A stretch of DNA of 63,714 bases, filler included, from Folioceros fuciformis (Eukaryota), in assembly GCA_049999805.1 (NCBI GenBank). It is 14 parts of 14 records of this genome, joined end to end, with 100 filler letters (N's around TTAATTAATTAA, not from the genome) between each part and the next. Parts side by side here need not be neighbours in the genome. Positions count along the whole stretch, not along the records: positions 61,632 to 63,714 come from JBNGIO010000884.1; 13 more parts are not named here. One strand, given 5' to 3'. A model generated the notes under the pieces. The model saw only the letters and a program-made list of their open reading frames with translations, did not search any database and had not been told where the DNA came from. Position numbers and translations under genes: made by a program. Within the stretch, counting starts at the first letter, position 1. Every line of letters begins with the position of its first letter. Below, one piece after another: positions 62,075 to 63,714 of this stretch.

Positions 62075-63520
62075 GTCCTCACTCAGTACCCGCTGCTTGT
62101 CTTCCAAGAGCCGCCGTGCTGTCTCGGACTCCGCCAGTTGCCTCCAGGCTTCGGCCTCCTTCCCTCTCGCCTTTGCCTCCTTACTCCGGGCCTCAGCCTC
62201 CCTCTTCGCTTGCATGCTTAGCCAGGTCAGCGCCCTAGCTGCTTGGTCCAGCAGGTCCGCTTGTGCCTGCCCCATTGCTGAGGTTAGTCCTGGCAGATCC
62301 ACCTCCTGTGACTCCACGGGGGCCATTCCCCTCTTGGTTATCTGTCTCCCCAACAACGCTCGCAGCCTCTCCAGCTCCCCTGCTTGCAGCCTATCCACCT
62401 GAGGAATTCTCCTAAAAACCTCTTCCCATCCTGATCCGGAACGTGCCCTAACTCGCTCATCACCTCATGAGGGGCCATCTCCATTTCTGGCACCTGCTCC
62501 TCATATGCCTCTAGCTCTTCCTCGTTCTGTTTCTGCCCTGCTGGCTCCTGGGCAGCCGCTGGTTCCTGTTCAGCTTGCTCTGGGGCTGCCTCCTGTGGCA
62601 CTGACCCACTTCCTCTCTTGGTGACTACTACCTCTCCTGGTGCCCACTAGCTCTTCTCCTTTTGGCAGGAGTCTTCTTCTTTGCCCCCGCCTTCCTCTTC
62701 TGCCTGGTGGGAGTCTCCTCCTCTGAGTTGTCCACGCCTCCCGACTCTCAGCTGCTGGAGTCGGCTCCCTCTAGCTCGGCGGGCTTCCACTTCACGTCCC
62801 TTATTGGCCTCCACATATGCAGCGAGGCAAGTATCTCCAGCTCAGACATAAGGTTAGCATAACAATAAATATGTACCAAGAAGGGGGAGATCATCGAAGG
62901 CAGAGGAGAAGGCAGGGTCAAATTTTGCCTCTCCTCATCCATCCTGACATAGAGGATTTTCCCCCAGACCACCTTACCCCCCTTAGTGACCTCGTGCACA
63001 AACAGGAGCATATGATCCGACAGGTAATCCTGCTTGCGAATCTGCAGGAAGCTAAGGAACCATTTGGCCAGACCCATCAGCTGGGGATTGGCCATGTCGC
63101 GGATTAGCCATTCGTTGGCTTCCCGTTTGGTACCCGGCTTGAACAGCGCCTCGGCATCCACTGTGCTGCTGCGCTTCTTCAGGGACTCCAGCACGAGTCC
63201 TCCCTCCTCCCCCTGGTCGCGACTATACACCCGCTTCACCAGCTCTAGGTTCCAATCCAGGGGTTTGCCTCACATTCCTTCTTCACGGGCTGGCTCCCTC
63301 AACCTCAGGGCGCACTCCCTGACCAGCCTTGGCGCTGCATGATTCCACCTATGGGCCATGAACCCGAGGCCTAGTTCTTCGACCAGCCCTCCGGCTCTGA
63401 CCCTCCAATGCTCCATATTGAGCCATAGGACGACGTCAATCTTTGGGACACGAGGTCCTTCCTCGTCTCCTGTCGCCGTTACTCCTGGCAGCAGCTCAGG
63501 AAGAGACCTCATTCTGCCTG
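62075..63520 (-). pseudogene. Longest copy of the gypsy accessory ORF family (conserved N-domain, acidic linker, coiled coil)
   Basis: NEWLIRDMANPQLMGLAKWFLSFLQIRKQDYLSD...GGKVVWGKIL aligns with 41795-41998 and 55746-55860; stops present. Confidence 0.65.
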
Positions 63521-63714
63521 ATCACCTTTCGTGCTCCCAACGCCGCTGCCCTCCTGTGCCTATGGTCGCCTAGCGTCCTCTGGCCCGCCTCTCCGTTGCC
63601 TCAGCGCCCCCTCTACTCCTGGTTGTCGTCGCGCTCCACGGCTACTCTCGCTCTCGCTCCAACTCACGGACGCTCTTGCCTCGAATACTGCCCAAGTCCC
63701 CCTGACTTTCTCTA

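Overview
Eukaryotic nuclear DNA from a seed-free land plant. A hornwort fits best (a GRP-like DYW:KP PPR gene, ~80-100 bp introns), but a lycophyte or fern is not excluded. The window is 14 contigs joined by artificial 100-bp N44-TTAATTAATTAA-N44 spacers, so adjacency across gaps is unproven. Most of it is nested, degenerate retroelements: Ty1/copia, Ty3/gypsy (chromovirus-like and Athila/Tat-like) and L1 LINEs. Host genes are a complete 14-exon CIPK8/SOS2-clade kinase head-to-head with a chloroplast ClpT-like gene, a possible small RPW8/HeLo-like gene, and PLS-class PPR genes. The most striking item is a head-to-head pair of PLS-PPR genes (one intact, one pseudogene). Both carry an N-terminal OSB-type PDF single-stranded-DNA-binding motif, and the intact copy ends in a DYW:KP/GRP-type domain of the class linked to U-to-C RNA editing. 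A second recurring theme is extra ORFs in LTR elements: antisense ORFs just inside the polypurine tract (one small membrane-type protein is conserved between two diverged copies), 5' leader ORFs, and a gypsy post-integrase ORF family present at several loci. All domain calls were made by eye; no database searches were run.
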